From positions 5,384 through 69,383 of the forward strand of contig JADDQH010000003.1 of NCBI GenBank assembly GCA_016781485.1: DNA of 64,000 nucleotides, given 5' to 3'. Within the stretch, counting starts at the first letter, position 1. Every line of letters starts with the position of its first letter. Both the position numbers and the translations under genes were made by a program. Shown here one piece after another: positions 44,926-59,442 of the stretch. This DNA is from Chloroflexota bacterium (GTDB lineage Bacteria > Chloroflexota > Limnocylindria > Limnocylindrales > CSP1-4). Below the pieces are notes generated by a model. The model was not told where the DNA came from. It searched no databases and was given only the letters and a program-made list of their open reading frames with translations.

Positions 44926-46179
44926 CTAGAGCGAGCGGACGAAGCGCTCGATCCGGCGGACGGCCTCCTGAAGGCCCTCGAAGCTCGTCGCGTACGACGC
45001 CCGGACGTGGCCCTCCCCGGACGGCCCGAACGCGGTGCCCGGGATGACCGCGACCTGGTGCTCGAACAGGAGACGCTCGGCGAACTCCTCGCTCGAGAGG
45101 CCGGTCCCCTTGATGCTCGGGAACGCGTAGAACGCGCCGTGCGGATCGAACGTGGGCAGCCCGATCCGGTTCAGCTCGGCCACGAACATCCGGCGTCGGC
45201 GGTCGTACTCGTCGACCATCCGGAGAACGTCATGTTCCGCGCCGGTCAACGCCGTGACCGCGGCGTCCTGCGCCGTCGTCGGCGCCGACATGATCTGGTA
45301 CTGGTGGATCTTGACGAACCCTTCGAGGAGCTCGCGCGGCGCGCACGCGTACCCGACTCGCCACCCGGTCATCGCGTATGCCTTGGAGAAGCCGCCGAGC
45401 AGGACGGTTCGCTCGCGCATCCCCGGCAAGGAGCTGAACGCGCGATGACGGTGACCGGCGTAGACGAGGCGGTCGTAGATCTCGTCGCTGACGACGAGCA
45501 GGTCGTGGCGCTCGGCGATATCGGCGATGGCGTCGAGCGTGTCGTGCGCGAGGACGGCACCCGTCGGGTTGCAGGGATAGCCGAGGAAGATCGCCTTGGT
45601 TCGCGGAGTCACCGCTGCCTCCACCTCCGCGGGGTCGAGCTCGAAGGCTCGCTCGGCGCGGGTCGAGACGAAGACGGGGACGCCTCCGCTGAACACGATC
45701 GCCGGGACGTAGGCGACGTACGACGGCTCGTGGAGGATGACCTCGTCACCAGGATCGACGATCGCGGCCATCGTCACGGCCAGCGCCTCGGAGGCCCCGA
45801 CCGTCACGCAGATCTCGCCCTCGGGGTCGTAGCGGACCCCGTAGAGCCGCTCGAGGTGACCGCTCAGTCCCCGCCGGAGGTCGAGCGTGCCGTAGTTGCT
45901 CGTGTAGTGGGTCCGGCCGGCTCGGAGCGATCGGACGCCCTCCTCGACGATCTGGGGAGGCGTCGTGAAGTCCGGCTCGCCGACGCCGAGGCTGATGACG
46001 TCCGGCATCGTCGCGATGACGTCGAAGTACTTCCGGATCCCGGATGGCGGCACGCGGCGGACGCGCTCGGCAAGACGCTCGCGCACGACGGGCACGGGCG
46101 CGGACTGGACGGCTCCCGGGGTCGGCGGGACGGGCTCGGGCGCGGCGCTCCGGTGCGACATGAGCGGTTCGATCGACAT
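44926..46179 (-). CDS. Pyridoxal-phosphate-dependent aminotransferase, class I/II (aspartate aminotransferase-like)
   Basis: PSGIRKYFD...GEPDF...NPTG...SFSKAYAMTGWRVGY (PLP-binding Lys) motifs. Confidence 0.8.
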   Translation of the reverse strand: MSIEPLMSHRSAAPEPVPPTPGAVQSAPVPVVRERLAERVRRVPPSGIRKYFDVIATMPDVISLGVGEPDFTTPPQIVEEGVRSLRAGRTHYTSNYGTLDLRRGLSGHLERLYGVRYDPEGEICVTVGASEALAVTMAAIVDPGDEVILHEPSYVAYVPAIVFSGGVPVFVSTRAERAFELDPAEVEAAVTPRTKAIFLGYPCNPTGAVLAHDTLDAIADIAERHDLLVVSDEIYDRLVYAGHRHRAFSSLPGMRERTVLLGGFSKAYAMTGWRVGYACAPRELLEGFVKIHQYQIMSAPTTAQDAAVTALTGAEHDVLRMVDEYDRRRRMFVAELNRIGLPTFDPHGAFYAFPSIKGTGLSSEEFAERLLFEHQVAVIPGTAFGPSGEGHVRASYATSFEGLQEAVRRIERFVRSL

Positions 46180-46225
46180 CAGTCTCCTCGAGAGTCGGCG
46201 CTCGGGCGGCGAGTATACGGGGACG

Positions 46226-47815
46226 TCACGCTCGCGCCGTGGCCAGACGTTCTGCGGGTGTCCGTGCCTCAGCGTCGTCGAGCGCGGTGAGATCCGCGGG
46301 CTCGAGACGGCGCCAGTCCGCGTCCGCCGTGATCGCCTCGTACGCGCGCGCGAGCTGGAAGAGCCTCGACTCGTCCCAGGCCCGGCCGATGAACTGCAGA
46401 CCGACGGGCAGCCCCTCGCTCAGCCCGCACGGGATCGAGACGCCAGGCAGGCCGGCCATGTTGACGGGCAGCGTGCAGGCGTCCGAGAGGTACATCGCGA
46501 CGGGATCGGTGAGCCTGGCGGCGAACGGGAACGCCACCGTGGGACTGGTCGGCGCGACGAGCGCGTCGACCTTCGCGAACGCCTCGTCGAAGTCCTTCTT
46601 GATCAGCGTCCGGACCTTCTGCGCCTTCAGGTAGTACGCGTCGTAATACCCAGCCGACAGGGCGTACGTGCCGAGCATGATCCGCCGCTTGACCTCCGCG
46701 CCGAAGCCGCTCCCCCGCGTCGCGAGATAGTTCTCGAGCACGTTGCCGGCGCGGCTGCTGTACCCGTACCGGATCCCGTCGTACCGCGCGAGGTTCGCCG
46801 AAGCCTCGGCGGGCGCGATGATGTAGTACGTTGCGAGCCCGTAGTCGGTGTGCGGGAGGTCGACGTCGACGATCTGGGCGCCGGCCGACTCGAGCGCACG
46901 GACAGCCGCGCGCACGCGGGCCTCTACACCCGGCTCCATCCCGGTCACGAAGTACTGCCGGGGCAGCCCCAGGCGCGCTCCGCGGAGCGAAGCCGCCGCT
47001 TCGTCGTCGCTAGCGGGCAGGGCCGCGGCGTAGTCGGGCACCGGCACGGGCGCGGACGTCGCGTCCCGGTCGTCACGGCCAGCCACGGCCTGCAACAGCA
47101 GCGCGGCATCGCGGACGTCCCGGCCGAACGGCCCGATCTGGTCGAGCGAGCTCGCGAACGCGACGATGCCGTATCGACTGACCCGACCGTACGTCGGCTT
47201 CATCCCCACGATCCCGCACAGCGCCGCCGGCTGCCGGATGGACCCGCCCGTGTCGGTTCCGATCGACACCGGGACGTGGTAGGCCGCGACGGCCGCGGCG
47301 GAACCCCCGCTGCTCCCGCCCGGGACTCGGTCGAGGTCCCAGGGGTTGCTCGTCGGGCCCCACGCCGAGTGCTCCGTGGAGGAGCCCATCGCGAACTCGT
47401 CCATGTTGGTCTTGCCCGGTACGACCGCGCCCGCCTCTTCCAGCCGCTCCGCGATGTGGGCGTCATAGGGGCTGACGAAGCCTTCGAGGATCCGGCTCCC
47501 GGCCGTCGCGGTCTGGCCGCGGGTCAGGACGAGATCCTTGAGCGCGACCGGGATGCCGAGGAGCGCCGGGAGGGCGGCGAGCGCGTCGGGGCCAGTAGTC
47601 CGCGCACGTGCCAGGCGTTCGTCCGCTTCCCTCGCCTTGGCGCGTGCGCGTTCCCCATCAAGGAAAAGCCACGCGCCGAGCCGCTCGTCCTGACGGGACG
47701 CGAGCGCGAGGTGCGCGTCGAGCAGCTCACCGGCAGTGAAGTCGCCGCGGCGGAGCGCGGCGGCCATCTCGTGAGCGTGGAGCCGCGTCAGCAAGGGAAC
47801 GGCGGAGTCAGCCAT
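46226..47815 (-). CDS. gatA: Glu-tRNA(Gln) amidotransferase subunit A (amidase signature family)
   Basis: Amidase signature GGSSGGSAAAVAA with the Ser-cisSer-Lys triad region. Confidence 0.9.
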   Translation of the reverse strand: MADSAVPLLTRLHAHEMAAALRRGDFTAGELLDAHLALASRQDERLGAWLFLDGERARAKAREADERLARARTTGPDALAALPALLGIPVALKDLVLTRGQTATAGSRILEGFVSPYDAHIAERLEEAGAVVPGKTNMDEFAMGSSTEHSAWGPTSNPWDLDRVPGGSSGGSAAAVAAYHVPVSIGTDTGGSIRQPAALCGIVGMKPTYGRVSRYGIVAFASSLDQIGPFGRDVRDAALLLQAVAGRDDRDATSAPVPVPDYAAALPASDDEAAASLRGARLGLPRQYFVTGMEPGVEARVRAAVRALESAGAQIVDVDLPHTDYGLATYYIIAPAEASANLARYDGIRYGYSSRAGNVLENYLATRGSGFGAEVKRRIMLGTYALSAGYYDAYYLKAQKVRTLIKKDFDEAFAKVDALVAPTSPTVAFPFAARLTDPVAMYLSDACTLPVNMAGLPGVSIPCGLSEGLPVGLQFIGRAWDESRLFQLARAYEAITADADWRRLEPADLTALDDAEARTPAERLATARA

Positions 47816-47839
47816 GTGCCGACGTGCGGCGACGACGAG

Positions 47840-48142
47840 TCACTCGCCCGCGCCGCCGATGATCGCGGGCACGACGAACACATCGCCGGCCCGCTCGGGT
47901 GCGTTCGACAGCACCTCGTCAGACGGGAGCGATGGCATCGGGACGTCCTCGCGGAGGATGTTCTCGAGCTCGATCGTCTGCGCGGTCGGCGGGATCCGCT
48001 CGGTATCCAGCTCGGCGAGCACGCGGTACTGGTCCAGGATGTGGTTCAGCTGCCCCTCGAGCCGCGTTAGCTCTTCCTCGCTCAGCCCGAGCCGCGCGAG
48101 GTACGCGACGTGCTCCACGTCAGCACGGGTGAGTTCGGCCAC
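47840..48142 (-). CDS. gatC: Glu-tRNA(Gln) amidotransferase subunit C
   Basis: 100-aa protein, LARLGLSEEEL motif, immediately upstream of gatA. Confidence 0.85.
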   Translation of the reverse strand: MAELTRADVEHVAYLARLGLSEEELTRLEGQLNHILDQYRVLAELDTERIPPTAQTIELENILREDVPMPSLPSDEVLSNAPERAGDVFVVPAIIGGAGE

Positions 48143-48202
48143 GGGCTCAGGATAGCGGAGCGGCGCGCAGTCCCTCCTCCACCCCGTCGCCGCTGACGAT
48201 CG

Positions 48203-51200
48203 TCAGCGCTGGACGACCGTCACAGCCGAGGCTGGCGCCGAGTACGTCTGATCGCCGTAGAACTGGGCGCGATTCACGAGCAGCGTCCCATCGGCGAGCG
48301 TCTTCCACAGTCGCACCCTGAGGTAGACGGTCCCGGTCCCGTCAGTCGGGACCGTCCCGAGTGACCACTTCACCTGGCGTCTACTCGCGTCGTACGTCCC
48401 GCCGTTCGTCGCCGAGTAGAACGAGACGCCGGTCGGGAGGCTGTCGACGATACGGGCGTGCGCCGACGCGAACGGGCCGAGGTTCTTGTACGACAGTGCG
48501 TAGCGGATGACCGTCGCAGGAGCGGCCTCCGTGGGCCCGGTCTTCCGGAGCACGACGAACGGGTCGTCGGGGTCGTCGTCGCGGATCGTGCCGACGCCCC
48601 GGGCATCAGCGATCGTCGCGTTGACGGCGCTCGAGAGGTTGACGTAGAACGTTTCCGTCAGCTCCCGGCGGTTCTCTCCCTTGATCGCGACCCGGATCGT
48701 CTTGGTCACCTGCCCTGGGCTGAACCAAAGCGTCCCGCTGCGCGCCGTGTAGTCATCAGGCGCGCGCGCACTCCCGTCCTGGGTCGCGAAGCGGACCGTC
48801 ACAGTCTTGCCGCTCGCCTTGTCCAGCCGGACGGTGAAGTCGGCGTAGGAGGTGGTGTCACGCTCGGTGACGCTGACGTCGTTGATCCGCAGCGACGGGA
48901 GCGGGTCGTTGTCGAGGATCGTTCCGACGCCCCGGCCATCTGCGAGGATGGCGCCCGACAGGTTCACGTAGAACCGCTCGTTCCACTCGTCCGTCGTGTC
49001 GCCCAGCACCGGGATGCTGACCGTCTTGCGCGTCTCTCCGGCAGCGAACGTCACGGATCCGCTCTTCGCGGTGTAGTCCTTCCCGGCGCGTGCGGTGCCG
49101 TCGGCGGTCGCGTACTTGACCGTCACGGCGTTGGCGCTCGCGTTCGGCATCGTGAGCGCGAACGTGGCGTTCCTCGAACCCGAGTCACCCTCCGTGACGG
49201 TCACGTCGTTGATCGAGATCGGGGGATGACGCGTCCAGTCGAGCGTGTTCTCGAGCACCTGGTATCCCGTATACGTGAGGGCATAGTTCGCCAGCCCGAA
49301 CGGGTGGTAGTACTGCTCGGTCGGCATCGGGAGGAGTGGCCCGATGATCCGAACGCGCCCGTTCCCGACCTTCAGCTCGCCGAGCGTCACCTGGTCCGCT
49401 GTCGTGAGCCCGACCGTGCGCCCCCCCTTCTTCTCCCACTCCACCTGGTCGATCGCCCAGACGGGTGACGCGTTGAAGTCGGCCCCGCTCTCGTTCTGGA
49501 TCGCGTACCCGATCGGCACCGGTTCGTAGGTCTGGTGCCGATGGCCTTCGCCTTCGGCGGCGCCGGGCTGGTTCACGTTCCTGGCCAGCGGGTCGTCGTA
49601 GGTCGTCCCCTCGCCGTCCCGGGTGAAGCCGATGTATCCGGCGTAGACCGTGAAGTTGTTGATGATGTTGCGCGGCAGGACTCCCATGTAGGCGACGTTC
49701 TTCAAGGCCGCGTCGGTGAGCACGAGGTTTCCACCGCGCTCCGCAAAGGAGCGGAGTTTCGCGCCCCACGCGTTCCTCTCCTCGAGCGATCGCGCAGAGG
49801 GTGGGCGAGGCGGGCCAGCGTACTCGTTGGAGAAGGCGACCTTGAATTCGTTCGGAGGCTGCGTCCCGGCCCAGTTGATGATCCGAGCGCGGTAGTGGCC
49901 GACAGGAGGCGTCAGGATCGTGACGTCCTCGTTCCCGGTCGCCGTCGTCGAAGAACCCACGTTGAACCACTCGCCGGTGATCCTGCTCTGCCGCTGAAGG
50001 TACAGATCCCAGTCGTTCTCGGCGGCCTCCGGCGCCCTGAGCGTCACACTGAGCTGCTGGTTGTTGGATTCGGCACTCGCGTCGAATTCGTAGTCCACGT
50101 GACAGGTCGGCGGAAGCACGGGGTTCGTCGGGTAGGCACACGGGACAGTGGCGGCGGCCGTGAGGCCGTTCGAACCAGGATCCGTCGTCGGGTTCTTCGT
50201 GAAGCCCGGCTGGGCCGGTCCGGTCGGGATCGGCTCCGTGAAGCCGGGCAGCGGATCGTCCGCGATCACGAGGCTCGTGAACCGGTCGAGGTTCACGCTT
50301 CCCGTCAGGACGTCGTCGACGCTCACCGGGACGAGCTGGCCCGGGTCCATGTTCCGGGCGAGGTCGGCGAAGAACTTCATGTTGGTCGCGTTGTACGGGA
50401 GCTGGCCGGGATCCTCCCACGCCTTCTCCTGGCTGAACGTGATGTCGAGATCGACGTACCCGTTCGCCGCGCTCTGGGTCACGAGCCCGCCGGTGACGCA
50501 GATGCGCCAGCGCCCGGGGATCGGGAGATTCGTGTGGACGGCCTGACCCGCCTGGAGATAGACCGAGGACTGGTTGAAGTACCGGTTGATCTCCTGCCAC
50601 CGGTCCCTGTCCGTGGCACAGCGCGTGTTGTCCGTGGTCGTGTTCGGGTCGGCCTCCTCGGGCCGGTACCGCTCGAGCACTAGCGACGTGGTCGACTCCG
50701 CGCTCACGCCCTCGACGTTCGTGGCCGTCGCCTTACCCTCGACCCCCCCGTTGTAGACGCCGTCCTTCTGGCCCTTGATCTCGAATTCCTTCGTGTATCC
50801 GTTCGTCGGGTCGAGCCGCACATCCATGATCGGCTCCTGCGGGTCCAGGCCTTCGCCGGGCACCGGCGCCAGGAGCTCGCCCTCGTTCCGCAACACCTGC
50901 GGGTTGTAGACGTACCCGACCTTGCCGGGTGCACGGAACCTGGTCTCCTCGGGCAGCAGGCTGAAGTTGACCATCGCGTAGATGAGGCTCTTGTTGCCGT
51001 CGACATGCAGCTGCTCCGCGTCCTTCAGGTAGCACGACCCGGTGCCGCAGTTGCTCAGGTGCGACAGGCTCATCTCGTTATCGATCCCGTCACCGTTCAG
51101 ACCCAGCGGAGAGTCGATCCAGTCTCCGAGGGATCCCGTCACCGTGTAGTCGATCGTGTCCCATACGGTTCCCCATTGGACGCCGTAGACGCGGGGGTCG

Positions 51201-52468
51201 TCCTCCGGAGCGTCGTTCGGCTTGATCGCAGGCGACCACTTCAGCCGAGCTTCGGCGTCGGCCCACGCGCCCTTTACGGTCTGGAGGATCCGTTGGTTCT
51301 TCGAGTAGTTCCGCTCGGACGCCCCGAGCAGAGTGAACGAGAAGGCGCGGTCGATGAGCTGGCCGTGGAGATCGATCCCGCCGTCCCATTTCGGGTTGCC
51401 GTTCGCGTCCTTGGGACCGATCTCCTGAAGGACCTTGCCGAACGAGCGCGTCTCCGGCTCTGACCAGGGCGTATATGGCTTGAACGTGTAGCCGATCGTC
51501 GGCCAGTCCCGGTTCATGTCCACGCCGTTGCCGTTGTAGCGCTGGTAGAACCGGACGACGTTCCCCTCGGCGTTCGTGCCCTCGATGCCCGTCACAGGGT
51601 CGCCACGCCGCCAGCCATCGGGGTTTGCGAACACGAAATAGATCACGGACTGCTTCAGGGCGGAACCGGCCTTGACGCTCGTCGCCGGCTGTGTCTCGAG
51701 CAGGGGGTGAGGGATGTCACCCTCCTGCGGGCAGCCGACGGGCGCCGTCGGCGTCTCGACAGCTTCGCCGTTGTTGATCGCCTCGCAGTAGGCCCATGTG
51801 GCCAGATCCTCGGCGGCGCGGGCGCCGGCCTCGACACCCGCCCGCTCGATGCCGTGGATCGAGAGCGGGAACACGAAATGCCGCTTCCCAGCCGTCGGAT
51901 CGCCCCCGACCGCCACGCGCTCGTCGGTCACTCGGATCATGTACAGGTCCGAGCGCAGCCGGTCCGGAGATACCCCTTGCCTCGGCAGCCCCGCGGAGCA
52001 CATGTCGAGGTTGCTTGTGGACCTCGAGCAGTCGTCGCCGCCTCCGAAGTCCTCCTCGAGCCGGTGGAACTCGATGAACTGCGGGAACAGCTGCTCCAGG
52101 TAGGTCGACCCGTCGATCATGTCCTGATAGGTGAGGAAGTCGTTGGCCTGGCACTCGGCGTTGCCCTTCGCCCAAGGCGAGCGTCCCGGCGCCTGGGCGT
52201 CGGGGACGCCATCGGTGGGCGTCCAGTACGCGTGAGGGTCGGAGAAGACGCGGCCGCACAGCAGATACGAGGCGTCGTCGGGCGCCGTCCCCGACGGCCT
52301 CGGCTGCGCGTTCGTCGCGTCGCCGATCACCGTTGCGGGCGCGCTCGCACCGATCGCGACACCCGGTCCGGATGCGGCCAGGAGCGCGGTCACGAGCAGG
52401 AGGACGGGCAACACTCGTGCCGACGAATCAGCGCGGGTACGTGCAGCCGAAGTTCTCACGGACCGCAT
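48203..52468 (-). CDS. Secreted multidomain protein (1,421 aa): N-terminal M14-like peptidase domain, two Calx-beta-like domains, C-terminal beta domain
   Basis: Signal peptide (start trimmed to M11). FANPDGW...MNRDWP...IDLHG resemble M14 motifs. Two repeats INDV[ST]VTE...G-x-G-T-I-x-D-[DN]-D match the Calx-beta consensus. Confidence 0.7.
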   Translation of the reverse strand: MRSVRTSAARTRADSSARVLPVLLLVTALLAASGPGVAIGASAPATVIGDATNAQPRPSGTAPDDASYLLCGRVFSDPHAYWTPTDGVPDAQAPGRSPWAKGNAECQANDFLTYQDMIDGSTYLEQLFPQFIEFHRLEEDFGGGDDCSRSTSNLDMCSAGLPRQGVSPDRLRSDLYMIRVTDERVAVGGDPTAGKRHFVFPLSIHGIERAGVEAGARAAEDLATWAYCEAINNGEAVETPTAPVGCPQEGDIPHPLLETQPATSVKAGSALKQSVIYFVFANPDGWRRGDPVTGIEGTNAEGNVVRFYQRYNGNGVDMNRDWPTIGYTFKPYTPWSEPETRSFGKVLQEIGPKDANGNPKWDGGIDLHGQLIDRAFSFTLLGASERNYSKNQRILQTVKGAWADAEARLKWSPAIKPNDAPEDDPRVYGVQWGTVWDTIDYTVTGSLGDWIDSPLGLNGDGIDNEMSLSHLSNCGTGSCYLKDAEQLHVDGNKSLIYAMVNFSLLPEETRFRAPGKVGYVYNPQVLRNEGELLAPVPGEGLDPQEPIMDVRLDPTNGYTKEFEIKGQKDGVYNGGVEGKATATNVEGVSAESTTSLVLERYRPEEADPNTTTDNTRCATDRDRWQEINRYFNQSSVYLQAGQAVHTNLPIPGRWRICVTGGLVTQSAANGYVDLDITFSQEKAWEDPGQLPYNATNMKFFADLARNMDPGQLVPVSVDDVLTGSVNLDRFTSLVIADDPLPGFTEPIPTGPAQPGFTKNPTTDPGSNGLTAAATVPCAYPTNPVLPPTCHVDYEFDASAESNNQQLSVTLRAPEAAENDWDLYLQRQSRITGEWFNVGSSTTATGNEDVTILTPPVGHYRARIINWAGTQPPNEFKVAFSNEYAGPPRPPSARSLEERNAWGAKLRSFAERGGNLVLTDAALKNVAYMGVLPRNIINNFTVYAGYIGFTRDGEGTTYDDPLARNVNQPGAAEGEGHRHQTYEPVPIGYAIQNESGADFNASPVWAIDQVEWEKKGGRTVGLTTADQVTLGELKVGNGRVRIIGPLLPMPTEQYYHPFGLANYALTYTGYQVLENTLDWTRHPPISINDVTVTEGDSGSRNATFALTMPNASANAVTVKYATADGTARAGKDYTAKSGSVTFAAGETRKTVSIPVLGDTTDEWNERFYVNLSGAILADGRGVGTILDNDPLPSLRINDVSVTERDTTSYADFTVRLDKASGKTVTVRFATQDGSARAPDDYTARSGTLWFSPGQVTKTIRVAIKGENRRELTETFYVNLSSAVNATIADARGVGTIRDDDPDDPFVVLRKTGPTEAAPATVIRYALSYKNLGPFASAHARIVDSLPTGVSFYSATNGGTYDASRRQVKWSLGTVPTDGTGTVYLRVRLWKTLADGTLLVNRAQFYGDQTYSAPASAVTVVQR

Positions 52469-52638
52469 CAGGACCTCCCATCGCGGGGCTCGCGCCACGC
52501 CATCCCTCGGCGGTCAGGGGTAGTGCCATGCATGGCGCCGGCATGACCACGCCGCCGCGTGCTCACGCCGCCTGTCCTTCGGTTCGCCGGTGCCGCACGA
52601 GGTCGACGACCTCCATCGCGGCCGCTCTCCGCCGCGTC

Positions 52639-52806
52639 CTAGATCCGGTCGTCGTCGCGGATGTAGCCGACGCCTCGCCCGTCGACGATGGTGCCGTTCG
52701 CCGCGCTGCTCAGGTTGATCGCCGCGCCCGGAATGCCGAGCGCGACGGACACCGCGAGGACCGTCCCCACCGCCGCCGTTCGCGCAGATCGATCGTTCAT
52801 CGTCAT
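52639..52806 (-). CDS. Small secreted-peptide ORF (55 aa) with a Calx-beta-like C-terminal motif fragment
   Basis: MTMNDRSARTAAVGTVLAVSVALGIPGAA signal-like segment, then GTIVDGRGVGYIRDDD, which mirrors the DGRGVGTILDNDP / DARGVGTIRDDDP motifs of the downstream gene; very uncertain. Confidence 0.2.
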   Translation of the reverse strand: MTMNDRSARTAAVGTVLAVSVALGIPGAAINLSSAANGTIVDGRGVGYIRDDDRI

Positions 52807-52947
52807 CCCGGTCGTCCCCTCAGTGCCCCTCGTCGCGCGCCATCGCGGGCGCGAGGAACACTTATACACGCTAGTACTGCCGAGCGATAGCCCTTTAGTA
52901 CTGGCTGGAGTGCCAGGGTGTCGATGCCGGACACCCTCGGAGTCCGG

Positions 52948-57701
<4,754 letters not shown>

Positions 57702-58101
57702 CGCGAACCACTCTGCGAAGTGCGGAGGTTCGGCGGAGGGCGGGTCGTCGGCGCTTCCCCGCCCCTCCGTTTGCCCGGTTCTTCGGCCCCGTCGTGACTT
57801 CGTCGAGCGCGGGTCAGCCCCGGGATCGATCGGGGCGTCGAGCTCAGGGATGAACTCGGGGGACCCCTCGATCGACCAGTCGACCTCTGCATTCGGCCCC
57901 GGCGACAGCGTCGCGAGCTCATCGTCTCCGGGAGTTCCGTTCACGCGTCGATTCTACCGATGGCCCCTTTCCCGCGACTCGCGGCGCCCCAGCTCGGACC
58001 CCCCTTCCATCAGCGCGGTGTCTCGACCGTCAGCGCCGCCAAGCGGGCACGGCGTGGCGCGACGGGACCGGTGGCGTCGAGAGTAGCGCCCGGACAGGCA
58101 G

Positions 58102-59442
58102 TCAGCGTGCCGGGAGCACGATGAGGAACGTCGTCCCCCCAGGGCCCGTGCTCTCGACACCGATCCGTCCGCCGTTCGCGGCCAGGAGCTCGCGAGCGAT
58201 CGTGAGGCCGATCCCGGCGCCACCGGGGCGGGTACGTGCGGGGTCGGCTCGATAGAACCGCTCGAAGAGATGCGGGAGATGGGCTCGATCGATCCCCGGA
58301 CCCTCGTCGATCACGCGCACCTCGGACTCGCGCCCACCGCACTCAGCCCGAACGCGCACGGTGCCGCCCGGTCGGGTGTGCTGTGCCGCATTCGCCAGGA
58401 CGTTGCGGATCGCGCGCTCGATCTGGAGGCGGTCCGCCGACGCCGGCACCTCCTGCCCGTCTCCGTCGAGCTCCAGGTGCACTCCACGTTCGGCGTAGAG
58501 CGCGTCGAGAGCGCGACCCGCCTCAGCGACGACCGAACGCAGCTCGAGTCGCTCCGGGCGCCGCTGGAGACTCGCAGACTCCGCGCTGGCGAGGTCGGAC
58601 AGCTGACCGACGACACCGCTCAGCGCGGTGGCGGACGCGCGCGCCGACTCCAGGCGGTCGCGATTCGCGGGCACGACGGCGTCGACCATGGCCTGGAGCT
58701 GCGTCTCGAGGACGGTCGCCGGTGTCGCGAGGTCGTGGGCGATGTCGCTGGCAGCTCTCCTCCTGAGCTGCTCCGAGCGCTCGAGGCGCTCTGCCATGTC
58801 GTTGAAGGCCGCCGCGAGCTCTCGCGACTCGCGGTCAGGACCGCCTCGCGCTCGCGCTGACAGATCCCCCTCGCCGAGCTTCCCCGCGGCCTCGGCAAGG
58901 TCGCGGAGCGGTCGGGTCAGACGCTTGGAGAGGAGCGCCGCAACGACGAGGATCGCGAGGACGGTCACGGCGCCGCCGACGAGCAGGCTCAGGTTGAACG
59001 CGCGCAGGAAACGCTGGGGCGGGTCGGGCACGGGCGCGTCCACGGTCAGAGACCCGAGCGGTTCAGCACCGTCGTGCAGCGAGATCTGGTGACGCCTGAC
59101 CTGTGCAGAGCCGTCCAGCGGTCGTCCGGCCTGGGCGATCAGCTCCCCGCCCGGTCCGTGGATCCGGACGTGCGCGCCGAGGCGAGACGCGATCCGCGAG
59201 AGGAGACGTTCGGCCGGGCGCATCCGGCCCTGCTCCCTGTACAGCTCGAGGAGAGAGCCCCCCGCGAACTCGAGCCGCGCGCGCTCCTCGGCGCCGACGA
59301 GATCCTCGACGTTCCTCGTCACGAGCACGTTCACGAGGACGCCGACCGCGAGCAGCACGACGGCGACTCCCGCGACGAGCCACAGAGCCAGCCGGATCGC
59401 CAGTGAGTCGTGCGAGCGGGCCGGACCGAGGGGCGTGGTCAC
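58102..59442 (-). CDS. Sensor histidine kinase (two TM helices, HAMP, HisKA, HATPase_c)
   Basis: H-box AASDIAHDLATP, N/G boxes (NVLANAAQHT, DEGPGI, GGAGIGLTIA). Confidence 0.8.
   Translation of the reverse strand: MTTPLGPARSHDSLAIRLALWLVAGVAVVLLAVGVLVNVLVTRNVEDLVGAEERARLEFAGGSLLELYREQGRMRPAERLLSRIASRLGAHVRIHGPGGELIAQAGRPLDGSAQVRRHQISLHDGAEPLGSLTVDAPVPDPPQRFLRAFNLSLLVGGAVTVLAILVVAALLSKRLTRPLRDLAEAAGKLGEGDLSARARGGPDRESRELAAAFNDMAERLERSEQLRRRAASDIAHDLATPATVLETQLQAMVDAVVPANRDRLESARASATALSGVVGQLSDLASAESASLQRRPERLELRSVVAEAGRALDALYAERGVHLELDGDGQEVPASADRLQIERAIRNVLANAAQHTRPGGTVRVRAECGGRESEVRVIDEGPGIDRAHLPHLFERFYRADPARTRPGGAGIGLTIARELLAANGGRIGVESTGPGGTTFLIVLPAR

Noticed and set aside
57702-57944. N-terminal ~80 aa of the 954-aa helicase ORF (MNGTPGDDELATLSPG...)
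   Set aside because: Low-complexity acidic then basic stretch with no counterpart in PcrA/UvrD N-termini, which begin ~20-45 aa before the LNPEQ motif; the start was moved to the internal ATG, but the longer form cannot be excluded
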